DNA of 64,000 nucleotides from Eledone cirrhosa (lineage: Eukaryota): contig OZ024745.1 of assembly GCA_964016885.1 (NCBI GenBank), positions 36,456,001 through 36,520,000 of the forward strand. Reading direction: 5' to 3'. The notes beneath the pieces were generated by a model. It saw nothing but the letters and a program-made list of their open reading frames with translations, searched no databases and had not been told where the DNA came from. The translations under genes were made by a program, and so were the position numbers. Within the stretch, counting starts at the first letter, position 1; every line of letters starts with the position of its first letter. Below, piece by piece: positions 12,115 to 27,158 of the stretch.

Positions 12115-12459
12115 TGTTTCCTATCAAATGTTTTATATGTAAACTGTCGTTTTTTTATCTATTTTTAGGCATTCATAGATGCAGTCTTTCTTGTAAGTTT
12201 TCGCCTGTAATTTCCACACGTGAGTCTTCCTCGTATTTTTGTTTTACTCCACTCTTTAAAATGAGTTTCAATCTCTTCTATTCCTCACTCTCCGCCTTTT
12301 TCTCTATCGATTTTCTCTTGAGTTTCTTGCATTGTATATTTTTATTATTTGTATATTTTATTATTATATATTATAATTTTCATTCGGCATTTGTGTTACC
12401 GTGTGTGTCTAAGAGTAGTTTGTGTACCTACATGTACCTACATGTACACACAAACACGT

Positions 12460-12515
<56 letters not shown>

Positions 12516-12623
12516 ATATATATATATAAACATACGTATATATATACATACGTATATATATACATACATACTTCTATATATGCATATACACGTGTACACA
12601 CTCATAGATATATACATATATAT

Positions 12624-12701
<78 letters not shown>

Positions 12702-12714
12702 GTACGAATATCTA

Positions 12715-12751
<37 letters not shown>

Positions 12752-13508
12752 GAATATCTATATATATATATATGTACGAATATATATTTGTATATCTTTA
12801 GTACCGGTTTCGTCTATTTAAAATATTTTTCGAAGGATTACGTCAACAACTTTCTTTTTGAAATTCCTTACTTTAGAAACAGGGGAAATTATAAAACAGC
12901 TATATTCTAAACCGAAATGTGATGCAGCAGAATGCGATGCTAAAATGATATTAAGAGGCCCTTACATGACTAATAAACGAAAGAGCTAAGTAGGGAAATT
13001 TGTACGAGGAAAATTCACAACACCGGAGAAAAAGATAGTTAAATTCTGCAGTAGGGAATTCCTAATTACAACACAATATCACCCCCAACCCCACCCCCAC
13101 CCCCACCCCACCCCACCCCGGAAACCACCAAAAGTACATAATGAATCAGAACACATTAAGTAGCTGTAGAATTTGTGAAGACTGATAAAAAAATAACTAC
13201 CAATATTTTTTCAGAGAAAACATTTTAGCTAAAGTGATATATATCACGAAAGAGTTGGGTTTACGTAAACTGGAAATTATGACAGCGTTATCATTCCCCA
13301 AGAGAGAGAAGGTAGTGTATATACACCAGAATAAGTGTCTAAAAATGGCAGCACTCCCATAGCCTGTCATAAGCAAACATATGCAAACATGGTGGCTAAT
13401 GCCTAACGACCAGATATTGTAGTCAAACCCACCACGAACACTTTCGTACCAATGTATCTACCTGATTATATATCTCTCAAAGAAATAGAGAAATTAACTA
13501 ACTATAAT

Positions 13509-13660
13509 TGTTTCTACATTTGGCACAAGGCCAGCAATTACCCAGTAAATTACTGGTACTTTATTTTATCGACCCCGTAAGGATGAAAGGCAAAGTTAAC
13601 CACGGCGGGATTTGAACTCAGTCTGTAAAGGGACGTAACCATACTGGAAAGCATGGTCTG
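13509..13660 (-). mobile_element. tRNA-derived SINE, 5'-truncated
   Basis: Aligns to 14621-14770. Confidence 0.8.
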
Positions 13661-13723
13661 AAAATAGAAATAATCTACGAATATGAGGTGCTCTGGGAAT
13701 GATAAAGTAAAACACGTGGTCAG

Positions 13724-13788
<65 letters not shown>

Positions 13789-13940
13789 AACCATCATCAT
13801 CATCATCATCATTATCATTTTCTTCTTCTCGCCCATTTATTCCTGTGAGGCTTGTAGGGACAGTCCTCAAACATGCCTTCCAGTGGATCCTGCCAGAAGC
13901 AACCGTCTCCAGTTGATTTGGCTGGATTCCCAACCACCTT
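13724..13940 (-). mobile_element. Probable 3' end of an RTE-type LINE with (GAT)n tail
   Basis: The minus frame LGIQPNQLETVASGRIHWK resembles an RTE C-terminus and runs into (GAT)n at 13724-13815. Confidence 0.45.
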
Positions 13941-14620
13941 ACTCGGGTTCGACAACTGGCTCCCTTGCCAGTTGTTTTATTATTATTATTTATTTTTTGC
14001 CGTAAAATCTGTCCAGATACTCTTTCCTGAAACATTCTAATCTTATGTCACAGGTCTCAGAAGAGGTCCACGCCATTGACTGGCGCTATAAAGACCACCA
14101 AAACATTGCAATATGGCCAGAAACATGGACAGTTGTGTAACCAAAACCACAGGATGTTCAAACATATATATTACGTAGAGTATATTTAAGGCAAGTAAAA
14201 TAACAACACCTACGCAACACAATACATACACAAAAGACACAGAACAATGCTAGGTAATGCAGTGACAGCACGCAATGAAAATAATAATAGTAATAAGATT
14301 AATAATATTAGTATTAATAATAATAATGTATTTGATAATATCGTTAATATCACTAATACCCCGTTAGATATATAGAGATTACAGACAAAAACAAACATTT
14401 GCTCATAGACAGATTTAGTAATATTCTGGAATTAATGAACTAGACAGACAAGACAGAGTTAAGCCAACACAAATGAAAGAACATTACAGACGTATAAGAT
14501 TAATGCCTAAAACACTTGCAAAAGTAAATAAGGTTATATGAATAATAAGTTAGAGTTATAGTATTCTCAACAGAACGATAAGTGAATTTCTAACACTAGG
14601 CAGGAAGCAAGTAAAATAAT

Positions 14621-14806
14621 TGTTTCTACTTTAGGCACAAGGCCAGCAATTACCCAGTGCATTACTGGTACTTTATTTTTTAGCGACCCCGTAAGGATGA
14701 AAGGCAAAGTCAACCTCGGCGGGATTTGAACTCAGATCGTAAAGGGACGTAACTATGCTGGAAAGCATGGCGTCCGACCCTCTACCGATACTGCCAATCC
14801 ACCGCC
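14621..14806 (-). mobile_element. Full-length tRNA-derived SINE with 20 bp TSD
   Basis: Minus strand has box A TGGCAGTATCGG, box B GAGTTCAAATC and a Meta-like central domain. TSD CAGGAAGCAAGTAAAATAAT at 14601-14620 and 14807-14826. Confidence 0.9.
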
Positions 14807-15556
14807 CAGGAAGCAAGTAAAATAATGACATTCTGTTACTTTAACCAAAATCCAATACTCATTAAACATTGCATTTATAATATATAGAGAGAACCGCGGG
14901 GCAATCTGCAGAAAATTATTATATAATATATACTACAATAGTATCTAGTAACAAAAATGTATACTGATACAAAAACCTACGAAACAATGATTAATAAAAT
15001 AAGAGTTTTCTGATTTCAGGTGAACTAACAAATAGTAAAAAGAGATCAAGATATGACAAAAAGCACCAATGAATGACATATCCCAGCGTAACTGCAATCT
15101 AAAACCTGAAAACAAGATAAAAACTCGCTTAATGCAAATTTCCAACCATTTCATCGTTTGGTGAACCGATTGTATATGTTCCATTCATTCGAGTTGAGGT
15201 TATTTTTGTGGATCTGTAACTTCAATTGGTCAAAATAATGTTCCGCTCCTTCATACAAATTTATATTTTCTGCTATGAAGTTGAGTGGGTTTCTTTTTTT
15301 TTAGCATGCTGAAAAAATATTTTTGTCTATGTACGAATACTATTGTAAGGTGTTTTTGCATAGTGTTGCCATTGTATGCGTGTAGAGCGGGGAAATAATC
15401 GTTTGCCCCCAAACTGGCCAATATTAAATTCTTCTTACTCCATGTAAATGTTTCACATCAACCAAATATATTTCCACGTAATTTTGCTTTCGTAAGATTC
15501 ATATATAATTAAAGTGTGAGCGAAAAATAACTGACAGCCACAAACACAAAAATAGT

Positions 15557-15720
15557 ATTTCTACTGTTGGCAAAAGGTCAGCAATTTGAAGCCAAGAGGA
15601 AAGTGGAAGAACATCGGCTCCGGTGCCTTACTGGTACTTTATTTTATCGACCACGTAAGGATGAAAGGCAAAGCTAGCGTTAGTGAGATTTGAACTCAGA
15701 ATCATGAAAGGTCGTAATTA
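15557..15720 (-). mobile_element. Diverged SINE copy
   Basis: Contains TACTGGTACTTTATTTTATCGACC..GGATGAAAGGCAAAG..GATTTGAACTCAGA. Confidence 0.7.
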
Positions 15721-18700
15721 TATGCCTCTCTGGCCAAAATTATTCACCTAAATAATTATACATGGTTGTTACAGGAACGTGTGAGTTTGGAGAAGACATG
15801 CAGTCGCATATGCGCTTTCGAAATATTCCATACATCACTCTGGGATTCTACTCTCTGTTTCTTTTAAGAGCATAATAAAATCGTTCGGTAGCAGAAAAAT
15901 ATTACATTAATACTCATCCTGCCTTTGATAAAATCGTCACTCAAGCTATCATATTTTGCGACATACCTATCACATATTCTGTTTTGTTGTTTCGGAAGTC
16001 GATCCATATTCAGAATCATGTTTCAATGAAATTATTATTAAATATGTGCTGCTTTTCTTGCTGTCTTCATTAACGGTTGATGTTTATGAAATTGTCATGT
16101 TTTTCTAAGTAAATGTCTGTGATTCATTCATGAAACGTTGGCCTTTCTTTATCTTTCTGTTTGCCAAATTTGTTTTTGACTTTCACGTTCTTGTTTACGA
16201 AATTCAGAAACCTGTTCAAATTTCTTGGGGGTATGTAAACCAGACGAACGAGAAAACATTGATAAACAAGCAATTGAATATTTGCAAAATAAAATAGACA
16301 AAAATATCAAAACATACTATATTTATCCTCTCCAAGGTAAAAAACATTGATACGCAAATCTTTCAATGCGTAATAATTCCACAAAATATAGCTTTCGGTA
16401 GTAAAAAATTGTAATCTGATTCTTCCACAGAGCTATATCTGAACAATTCCGATCTCTTCGAAACAGTAATAATATTCTATACACAACTTGCACAGTGGGA
16501 CATTCCCTTCATCGGCTGCCGACTAGAGATCTCTGTGATTTCAGTGATTCCAACAGTATAACTTTTTTGTAGTTGTGCCAAGCTTCGTTTATACTCAAGT
16601 GATTGACCAGCTTTTGTGGTCCACTATATAGCACGATTTTTCTCGTTTTCCTTGCCGCTATCGCCAGGAGTGTGGTGGTGTTATAACACCTCCTATCATT
16701 CAGGCAACATGATATTTTCTTCTTGCTCGTGGTTTGCCCCCTTCTTCAACGCTGGTCTTTCACCTAAATGCTTTTGTCATTTCCATGATAAAGATTTGGT
16801 TTATCTTACTCTATCCAGTCCATGAATCACCTCTGTATTCTCCATTCTCAGTCTGTTAGTCTAACCTGTTAGTTAGGTCATGTTGGATCTAGCCATACAT
16901 CCATGACATGAATGTGTGTGTCTTTGAGTGTCTCTGTGCATGTGTGCGTGCGTGGGTGAGTGTAAGTTTAAAAGCTACAAATGTGTGTCTATGCTGTATT
17001 GGTTGTAATATAGGTTACGGCAGAAAAATAACATTGATATGGAAGCAGTGTATACAAACAGGTGTGCCAAGGTTTTGGGTGAAACTTTGGGTTGTTGTAC
17101 CCTATTAATCCATTGTACGTTTATTTAATTAAACCACGTATTTGACTGTTATTATATGGATGAAATACAAAGTTGGCTTCGTCAGGATTTGAACTTGGAA
17201 TAGAAAGAGCCGGCGGCATGAATATAAAAATGTATGATGGTTGGTTGAAAAGATCATAGGCTGACTATTAAGGAGTGATGAAAGAGCTGTCAAATCTTGC
17301 GCGTATTAATTTCAACTCTTCTTAATAACTGCATGGTTTCGTTCCAGAAACTAAGTTGAAAAATAAATCCCATTTGGTGATTCCATAAAAGTATCTTGGT
17401 CAGTCTATGAACTTTTCAGCCGACCTTCGTATTTCTTCCAAATATTTCATTTTTCTGCTGAACGACTGCACTCGCATTAAGCCTGTAATATTCATATTTT
17501 AATTCGATATTGCAATGTAATTGGATTCTGTGGTACTCTCTGTTAGGCGATTAAACATACATATTTGGATGCGGTAAATACATTCTGCGATTATAATAAA
17601 CAGTGGGATAACGGAAGGCTCTGTCGAAAGCAGCTTTCAATATAATATGAATAAGGTTACTGAAAAAGGAGTAGTTCAGCATTTCTCTTTGTTGCTGTTT
17701 ATCTTCCAGTTTGCCTTTATTGAACAGCCTATGATCAAAAGATGTATCAGTGTTAAGCATTCTATCGTATTGTCTATCAAATGCGTTCTTCATGTTTTAC
17801 AATATTAGGATCTAATCAGAATTGTTATTTCTAGCAGATCGACTAAGCATGTTCGGGATTCCTTTAAAGAAAATAGAAGATAATGTCAGAAAATATCAAA
17901 GTAAGGGATGTCCCAGAAACAATTTATAATGAAAGGAGTATGATTAAGAGTATCACACAGTTTGTAGTATCAATTTTCAGTCTGACTAGAGTAGACAACA
18001 TTAATATGAATGAATGTCTAAGCAGACAATGGGTTATATGCAAGACGATGTGCTGGCAGAAAATGGGAGAGAAATGGTTACTCAATATTATATCTATACT
18101 ATACTTATCAATGGGAAAATATATTGGGAGATGTTAAGAGAAACTGCATATTTTGACGCATATTTAGGGTACCGAAGTAAAAATGTTTCGGTATTTTTTC
18201 TATCTCACTGTGATTTGAGTTCAAATCTCACTGTGGTTAATAATCCATTCATCATTTCGAGATCGATAAATAAGAACCAGTCTAGTCCTGGAATCGTTTA
18301 TCTCTCTCTTTCTCTCTCCTCCACATCTCTCTTGTTCTCTCTCTCTCTCTCTTTTTTTCTCTCTCTCTCTCTCCTCTTTCTTTATTTATCCCTGTCTTTT
18401 TTTGTTTTTCTCTCTCTCTCACTCTCGCTTTTTCTCCTCTTCTCTTGCCTTCTTTCTCTCTCTCTCTTTATATCTCACTTTCTCCCTTTCTTTTCATCTT
18501 TCTGTAAAGATGTAAGGAAAGGGCTGTGCTCCCACCAGGAGGAGGATGAGCTCTATCAGGTTTAAAATGCTCAAGAAACAAACTATGTCAGCATGACTTC
18601 CTTAAGACTTCATCATAAGTTAGTGACATATTGCAATCAATAGTAAATAAATAAAGAGATGTACCTCACGATTAAAAACAAATGAAAAAGCATAGGTTCG

Positions 18701-19323
18701 AAACATTGAAAGAAGAAATGGTTACTTAGTCAGTTTGACATGCAAATAAAAGACAGAGCAATAGATGAACGCTCATAAAGGGGAGAAAGCCACTTGAGCA
18801 TTTATATACAAAAACAATCGATTAGAACAAACGTTATTGAATCTAAAATTGATAGGAGTCAGGGAGTGGATAGTTATGACATATCTGATATAGTAGACGA
18901 TATGTGATAAAGTAGACGAAACTGTCAGTCATATAATGAGTGAATGTAGCAAGATGAATGACACGAAGATAATGTAAAAGAAAGCAGAGCATATATACGG
19001 GGATGGCCGTTGGAAAATTTGATTCAGATTTAAATGAGAAATTGTAGAAACTATCTTTCGAATTGAATATAGTATGAGTTTGCAAATTTTATCGTTGAGA
19101 ATAGATTATTTCTTACATTGGAAGAATTCCATATATCAGTTGATGAAGTGAATGTTGATAGAATCTACACAATATGTGATTGTTACTTATTAAAAACCAT
19201 CACACTGGGTGGGTGAGGTGGCTGCGTGATTAGCATGAAGGAAAAGGAAAGCTACAATGAAGATCTAAAGAAGTTGGACATATTGCTTCGTAGCACCCCT
19301 AAAAGGAACAATTTTGGTGGCCG

Positions 19324-19336
<13 letters not shown>

Positions 19337-19356
<20 letters not shown>

Positions 19357-19513
19357 GTAATAATAATAAATTTGAAGACTAAAATCCAAAGAAGGCTCGA
19401 TAAGGATAAATATATATTAAATATATAAGAACCGTAGAGCAAATATTTATTAAAATAACAGATTAAAGTTTAAGCAAAGAATCGCTGCTTTCACCCTTAA
19501 CGGGATCTTCTGA
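19337..19513 (-). mobile_element. Family B mini-element, truncated just 5' of the HHR core
   Basis: Minus strand: CAGAAGA UCCC GUUAA GGGU GAA AGCA..UGCU U AAACU. Between (TA)n tracts. Confidence 0.75.
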
Positions 19514-20257
19514 TAAATATATATATATATATATATAGATATGTAGATAAATCTACCAAAAGTTTACGGTAGTGTCCAATCCGTATGAAGAACTCAATGT
19601 AATCCGGATATCATGGAAAGAAGAGATGCATTCAAAAATCACTTTCGGTGAAAGATAAACGGAATACAAAGTCAAGATAAAATATTAAAAGAATAATGAA
19701 TAAAACAATGAAACAGTTCCTTATATTAAACAAAAAAAGTTCATTATTTAACGATCGTTTCTAGGACATATATGTGTTAGAATTGGCATGCATATTCAAA
19801 AGATCTATGTACAAAATTATACAAAATTATACAAACTATCAAATAGAATATACATACCAACACATACATATGCCGTCTTCAGAAATAATGAAGTATATTT
19901 ATTGATAATAACAACAATTCAAAATTACAGGTCTGTTTGGGAACAGATTTTAAATAGACCAATGAAATACATAAAAATACATCAAGAAAATACAGTTAGG
20001 TGTGTGTATATATGCAAGTAACTTCGTTCACAGATATGCATAAAAATGTATGTTCACATGCATACGCATGTCGAAAAAGTGTATGTAAATACAAAAATTC
20101 AGGGCTAATGTCTCTGTATGTTTATAATCCACACACAAAATACACATACGTATACATACATATATACACTCATATATACACACATATACATACATTCATA
20201 CACACACACGCATATATACATAAACATACACACATTATAGTCATACATATAAATACA

Positions 20258-20301
<44 letters not shown>

Positions 20302-20796
20302 TACATATACATATATATACATATACACATACACACACACATATATATACACACATACTCACAACACACATATATACATATATGTACACACACATACACA
20401 CATACATACACATACATATATATATATACATATATATACATATATATATACACACATATATATACACACACATATATATATACACACACACATACATATA
20501 CGTATATATACATACACACACATACCCATGTATATATACACACAACCACACACTCACACACAACTCAAACATACATAAATATAGAGACATACATACACAT
20601 ATATATATATATATACATATATACATACATATAAATATATATACACATATATATATACACACATATATATATATATATATATATAAAAAATAAATAAATA
20701 CTCACAGTCAGACAATTATGCACATATATACACATACATACACACATCTCTACAAATACATATACATACACATACATACATACACATATATATACA

Positions 20797-20897
<101 letters not shown>

Positions 20898-21169
20898 TCA
20901 TACACACTTATTTACATGCGCACATATGTATTTTTATACTCACCTACAAACACACAAACATACATACATACTTACATACACATACATACATCCACGCTTA
21001 CAAATACGAATAATTATAGGGGGGGGGGATTAAAATTATTAGTGGGTAATAGTAAATATAGGTTTCAAGGAACATAGAATATTAATCTGCATTTAAATCA
21101 TAATATGTGTTTACATAGTAGTGTCAGTATTAGGAAATGTAAGAAAGAAGGCAAAATTATGCATTTTAA

Positions 21170-22075
21170 TATAAGTAGACTATTAATTATAGGTTAATTA
21201 AAGTAAAAATAGTTAATATATTAATTTCTAAGGTGTATACTACTTAGGTTTATAATATTTAAAGCGGAATTTTGAAGTTAAACAGTAGTAGAGTATTAAT
21301 TATAGCATAACTAAATTAAAAATATTAACATGATGGTATCAATTTTAGGAAATGAATTTTGTAATGGAGAAAGCCAAATCAAGTATTTCACCGGTAGTAG
21401 AATATTAATTATAGGTTAACTAAATTAAAAATTATATATTAATTTCTATAGTATATGTTAATTAGGTTTATAATAATTAAAGCAAATTTTGTATTTTATC
21501 TATAGTAGAATATAATTATAGGTTAACTAAAATTAAAATTAATCTATATATTTATTTGTAAAGAATATATTAATTAGGTATATATTTAAAAGTTTTTCTC
21601 AATTTATGATTACATGATATTCTGCAATCCATCTGTATTAGAATTTTAATTTTAAGCTAACTAAATTAAAATTATAGGTTAACTAAATAAAAATTAATTT
21701 ATAAATTAATTTCTAAATTGTACATTAATTAGGTTTATAATATTAAAAAGTATTTCTCTGTTATTGATTACACGATATTTTGTTATATTTCATCTGTAAA
21801 GGAATTTTAATAAAAGGTTAAATAAACTAAAATTAATCTATAAATTAATTTCCAAAGTATATATTAATTATGTTAATAATATTTAAAAGTTTTTCACAAT
21901 TTATGATTACACAATATTTTTTTATTTCATCTGTAGTAGAATTTTAATTAAATTAAAATTATAGGTTAACTACATTTAAATTAAATTATATATTAATTTC
22001 TAAAATATATATTATTAATTAGGTTTATAATATTTAAATGTTTTTCTCAGTTTATGATTACACGATATAATTAAT
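21170..22075 (-). repeat. Degenerate AT-rich tandem array (~110-220 bp spacing) in a PLE 3' region
   Basis: An ATTAATTAGGTTTATAATATTTAAA-like anchor recurs at ~21240, 21458, 21570, 21725, 21864 and 22012. Confidence 0.7.
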
Positions 22076-23367
22076 TCCTGTCGCTTATTTAATAGGATAT
22101 CCTTAGATTTCATTATTTCAAATAGTTCTTGGGAACACAATCTACATTCATTTCTATTATTTTGATAAGGGGTGGCTCTTTTGAGCACACTCCAGGTCAT
22201 ATCATATTCTATATTCTTATTTCTATAACTATTAATTTTTTCTGCTAGAGATGTTGTATTAGCTAGTGCGGCATTTTTAAAACTATGTTTGTGGGTATTA
22301 AACCTTACCTTAAAATTGTTAGAAGTAGCTCCTATATATGAGCAAATAGAATCTTTAGTTTTAACTTTACATTTATAAACTATATTGTTAACAAGACAAT
22401 TTCCTTTTAATGGGCAGTTTGCTTTGTTTCTACAGTTACAACCTTTCGTTAATTCTGTATTTGAGGAGATATTATGGTTAGTTTGATGTATTGGTGGTAT
22501 ACTTATGGTTTTTTTACATTTATATGCATTATAGGCACTTATATTTTGTTTTATGTTTTTGGTTGTTGAGTATGAGAATTTAACTGTTGATCTATTTAAG
22601 ATTTGATGGTATTTGTGGTTTAGCGGGAAGTTTTTCTCTAGGATATTAAAATATTTTTTAGCAATATTATCCTTAATTTGTAAATTAAATGGAGCATTAT
22701 ACCAAGTAACTCGTCTATTACGGTTTCTATGTTGTTTATTGTTTTTATAGGATGCATCGTGATGTTTACTAGGAGGATTAATGTTAATGACCTCACCACG
22801 CACATTTTTAGTTAGATTTATTGATTTAGGTGTTTTAGCTTGTTTATTAGGAGTTTTATTATTAACATTTATTAGAGTTGTATGATGAGTAGTTTTTTGA
22901 GAGTTACTATACTTTATATTAGAAGAGTTAGAGAAAATTGGTTTTATGTTGGTATTTTGGGGTATAGTGTGAGTATTTAGGTGTGTACTTTTCATTTGGT
23001 GTTTGTTGGTAATATTAGGTTGTATGTTTATAGTGTTATTAGTAGAAGGTATATATTCCAATCTATTTTTGTGGCCACTTCTATCTAGAGCTTCGTTATA
23101 GAAGGTCGCATTTTTATCAAATACATCTTGGTTAGACGAAAGGTTAGAAATTCTAAGTGATATATTATATGCAAGGTTTTTAAGGATAGATTTAGGGTGA
23201 TTAGATTGTGAGTGTATGTAGTGTAAGTTTTGGTTGGGTTTATGGTAAGGTTGGTAGATACCCGTAGCTAAGTCTAAAGTTATATCTAGGAAATTAACTA
23301 CTTTACTTGTGTTTTCAAAAGTAATATGAAGACTATAATAGTCTTTAAGGAAAGTTCTAATAAGCTT
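22015..23367 (-). CDS. Second PLE family: 5'-truncated RT thumb, Asn/Thr-rich linker, GIY-YIG domain
   Basis: Motifs NFLDITLDL, YHKPN, SNHP, VTWYNAPF, CNCRNKANCPLKGNC, IVYKC..YIG and CRLC..E..LLNKRQE..CNH. Frame is open for ~450 codons up to a (TA)n junction. Confidence 0.88.
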   Translation of the reverse strand, partial: KLIRTFLKDYYSLHITFENTSKVVNFLDITLDLATGIYQPYHKPNQNLHYIHSQSNHPKSILKNLAYNISLRISNLSSNQDVFDKNATFYNEALDRSGHKNRLEYIPSTNNTINIQPNITNKHQMKSTHLNTHTIPQNTNIKPIFSNSSNIKYSNSQKTTHHTTLINVNNKTPNKQAKTPKSINLTKNVRGEVININPPSKHHDASYKNNKQHRNRNRRVTWYNAPFNLQIKDNIAKKYFNILEKNFPLNHKYHQILNRSTVKFSYSTTKNIKQNISAYNAYKCKKTISIPPIHQTNHNISSNTELTKGCNCRNKANCPLKGNCLVNNIVYKCKVKTKDSICSYIGATSNNFKVRFNTHKHSFKNAALANTTSLAEKINSYRNKNIEYDMTWSVLKRATPYQNNRNECRLCSQELFEIMKSKDILLNKRQELIISCNHKLRKTFKYYKPN

Positions 23368-23383
23368 AATATATATATATATA

Positions 23384-23600
23384 GCCATACTGTGGCATTG
23401 ACTCAGAGCAGGAGAGTTAAGGCTAAGACGATATTGGATGATGCTGAACTTGCTGACGACATAGTTCTGGTGACAAACACAGTGAAGGAGGCAGATGAGT
23501 TGATGCAGGAGTTGGAGACTGTGTTGATGAGTGTGGGGCTGAGAATGAATGAGATTAAGACGAAGTATTTGGTAAAGAACATTAAGAATCTAAAGAAGAT
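23384..23600 (+). pseudogene. Short LINE (RTE-like) RT fragment
   Basis: LADDIVLVTNT..VGLRMNEIKTKYL. Confidence 0.6.
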
Positions 23601-23628
23601 TATGAAGCTAAAGAAGATTATGAATGTA

Positions 23629-23738
23629 GTTCAGATGCACCACTGATTTTTCGTTTTCTATTCTATCATACTCTGCTCTGTAAGAGCATAGAGTACTCAA
23701 CCGGCATACCGCCTATGGAAGCATCTTAGCTGCCATCA
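23629..23738 (+). mobile_element. Family E 3' fragment
   Basis: Reverse complement of 55637-55746. Confidence 0.75.
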
Positions 23739-23762
23739 GACACTCACACACATATATATATA

Positions 23763-23918
<156 letters not shown>

Positions 23919-23977
23919 TATATACATAGTTACAACAGTGATATAAACATGTCCTTAAGAAAAAGAAAAAGAAAGAA

Positions 23978-24020
<43 letters not shown>

Positions 24021-24025
<5 letters not shown>

Positions 24026-24230
24026 TGTATAGAAGGAGCTTCTACATACAGGACTATTACTGTTTCATTCAGATGAAATCTTCAGGAGCTTCCTGAAGAT
24101 TTCATCTGAATGAAACAGTACTAGTCCTGTATGTAGAAGCTCCTTCTATACAATAAATATATCTTACTCTGCCACGTATTGAGTACCTTACTTACTGTGG
24201 TTATCCCCGACTCAACCCGGGACCTACGAT
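24021..24230 (+). mobile_element. Family M fold-back mini-element
   Basis: Inverted arm 24021-24086 mirrors 24092-24157. A tail with GTATTGAGTACC ends in TATATA. Confidence 0.75.
24085..24143 (+). ncRNA. Type I hammerhead ribozyme
   Basis: Stem I GGAGCUUC/GAAGCUCC (8 bp), CUGAAGA, stem II UUCA/UGAA, GAA, stem III ACA/UGU, GUA site. AATAAA follows at 24152. Confidence 0.8.
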
Positions 24231-24248
24231 TATATACCTACGTGTATA

Positions 24249-25038
<790 letters not shown>

Positions 25039-25078
25039 CATATACATACATATATATATATAAATATATATACATATA

Positions 25079-25269
<191 letters not shown>

Positions 25270-25300
25270 GTATTATGTATGTATGTATACATATATTTAT

Positions 25301-25904
25301 GTCAGGTCACTAGTTGGTGCTACTGGTAACATGTATCCCAGTACAACCTGTCTCATGGTCGGGTCGTTGGCGACTAAACTGGCAACCCCACCAAGGTTTC
25401 TTGGTGAGGAGGGTGACTTTGGACATCCTGCAGGACTAAAAACAAAACCTGTCAAAGGGCAAAGGAGCTCTTAAGAGTCAATGGCCATCCAAAATCACCG
25501 GGAGAGATGACCCCTTAGCCTTTGTCAAGGCAGAATTCTAGGAGAAGGAAAACTCTGATATAACACCTGCAACTCTGATGGTATCCAATGATGTTGACTT
25601 GTTCTTCTTTTTGGTAAATATCATCTTGGTTAAGAGAGTGGGACTGGCTTTGTGCAGTGCCTTTGCTCACTATAAAAGCTTCACGGCACAGGCATTGCTT
25701 TGTATCTGGAGATCTCTCTGCACTTGTCGTCACATGGTACCATGGGCCCAGCACTATGTGTCAATAATTGTCACAAGTGTAGTGTTTGTACCAGAGTTTT
25801 CAAGTCGCTGGCTGGACTAAAAAGTCACACTCGTTCAGCGCATTGGTAGGGGTTCTCCTACATGGATATAAAGTAGTGGCCGTACTCGAAAACGAGTTGG
25901 CAGC

Positions 25905-25908
<4 letters not shown>
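25301..25908 (+). mobile_element. Family D bipartite RTE-derived element, copy 2
   Basis: RTE 5'-UTR-like block TTAGCC..AAGGCAG..CTAGGAGAAGGAAAACTCTGA. 25778-25849 translates CSVCTRVFKSLAGLKSHTRSAHW*. Terminal hairpin then (AT)n. Confidence 0.8.
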
Positions 25909-25956
<48 letters not shown>

Positions 25957-25959
<3 letters not shown>

Positions 25960-26470
25960 GGTGTTAAAGTTTGCTTGAATCATTGTGAAATGTGTAAAAT
26001 ACGTAGTTAAGAAAGCCACAACAATGCAGAGGGAAATCTCGAGGTAGGAAGTGAATGATAGATAGGAGAAACATGTGAAAGTGAAAATTGAGAGAGACAA
26101 AGATGAAAACAAGACAAAGGTAGAAGGGTTACCGTAGTTGAGATTTAATCCCAATATTTCGGGCTCACGCCCATCAACGGGGGAAAGTTCCAAAAGGGGG
26201 GGAACAGGCCAAGCGGAGAAAGTTGTGATGTCGTTAAGACAGGAATGCCGTTATGGCCTGTTCCCCCCCTTTTGGAACTTTCCCCCATTGATGGGCGTGA
26301 GCCCGAAATATTGGGATTAAATCTCCACTACGGTAACCCTTCTACCTTTGTTTTGTTTTCATCTTTGTCTCTCTCAATTTTCACTTTCACCTGTTTCTCC
26401 TATCTATCATTCACTTCCTACCTCGAGATTTCCCTCTGCATTGTTGTGGCTTTCTTAACTACGTATTTTA
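25957..26470 (-). mobile_element. Family I fold-back element (217 bp arms)
   Basis: Arms 25995-26211 and 26254-26470. Between (TA)n tracts. Confidence 0.85.
26149..26184 (-). ncRNA. Minimal hammerhead-like motif with CCGUUGA core
   Basis: UCCC CCGUUGA U GGGC GUGA GCCC GAA AUAU U GGGA. The mirror copy at 26281-26316 reads CCAUUGA. Confidence 0.55.
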
Positions 26471-26491
26471 TATATATATATATATATATGA

Positions 26492-26524
<33 letters not shown>

Positions 26525-26530
26525 TGTATG

Positions 26531-26988
<458 letters not shown>

Positions 26989-27011
26989 TATATACGTATA
27001 TATATGTATAA

Positions 27012-27104
<93 letters not shown>

Positions 27105-27108
27105 AATG

Positions 27109-27153
<45 letters not shown>

Positions 27154-27158
27154 TATAT

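Noticed and set aside
14621-14806. tRNA gene
   Set aside because: A and B boxes are present, but there is no cloverleaf; it is multi-copy with a TSD, so it is a SINE.
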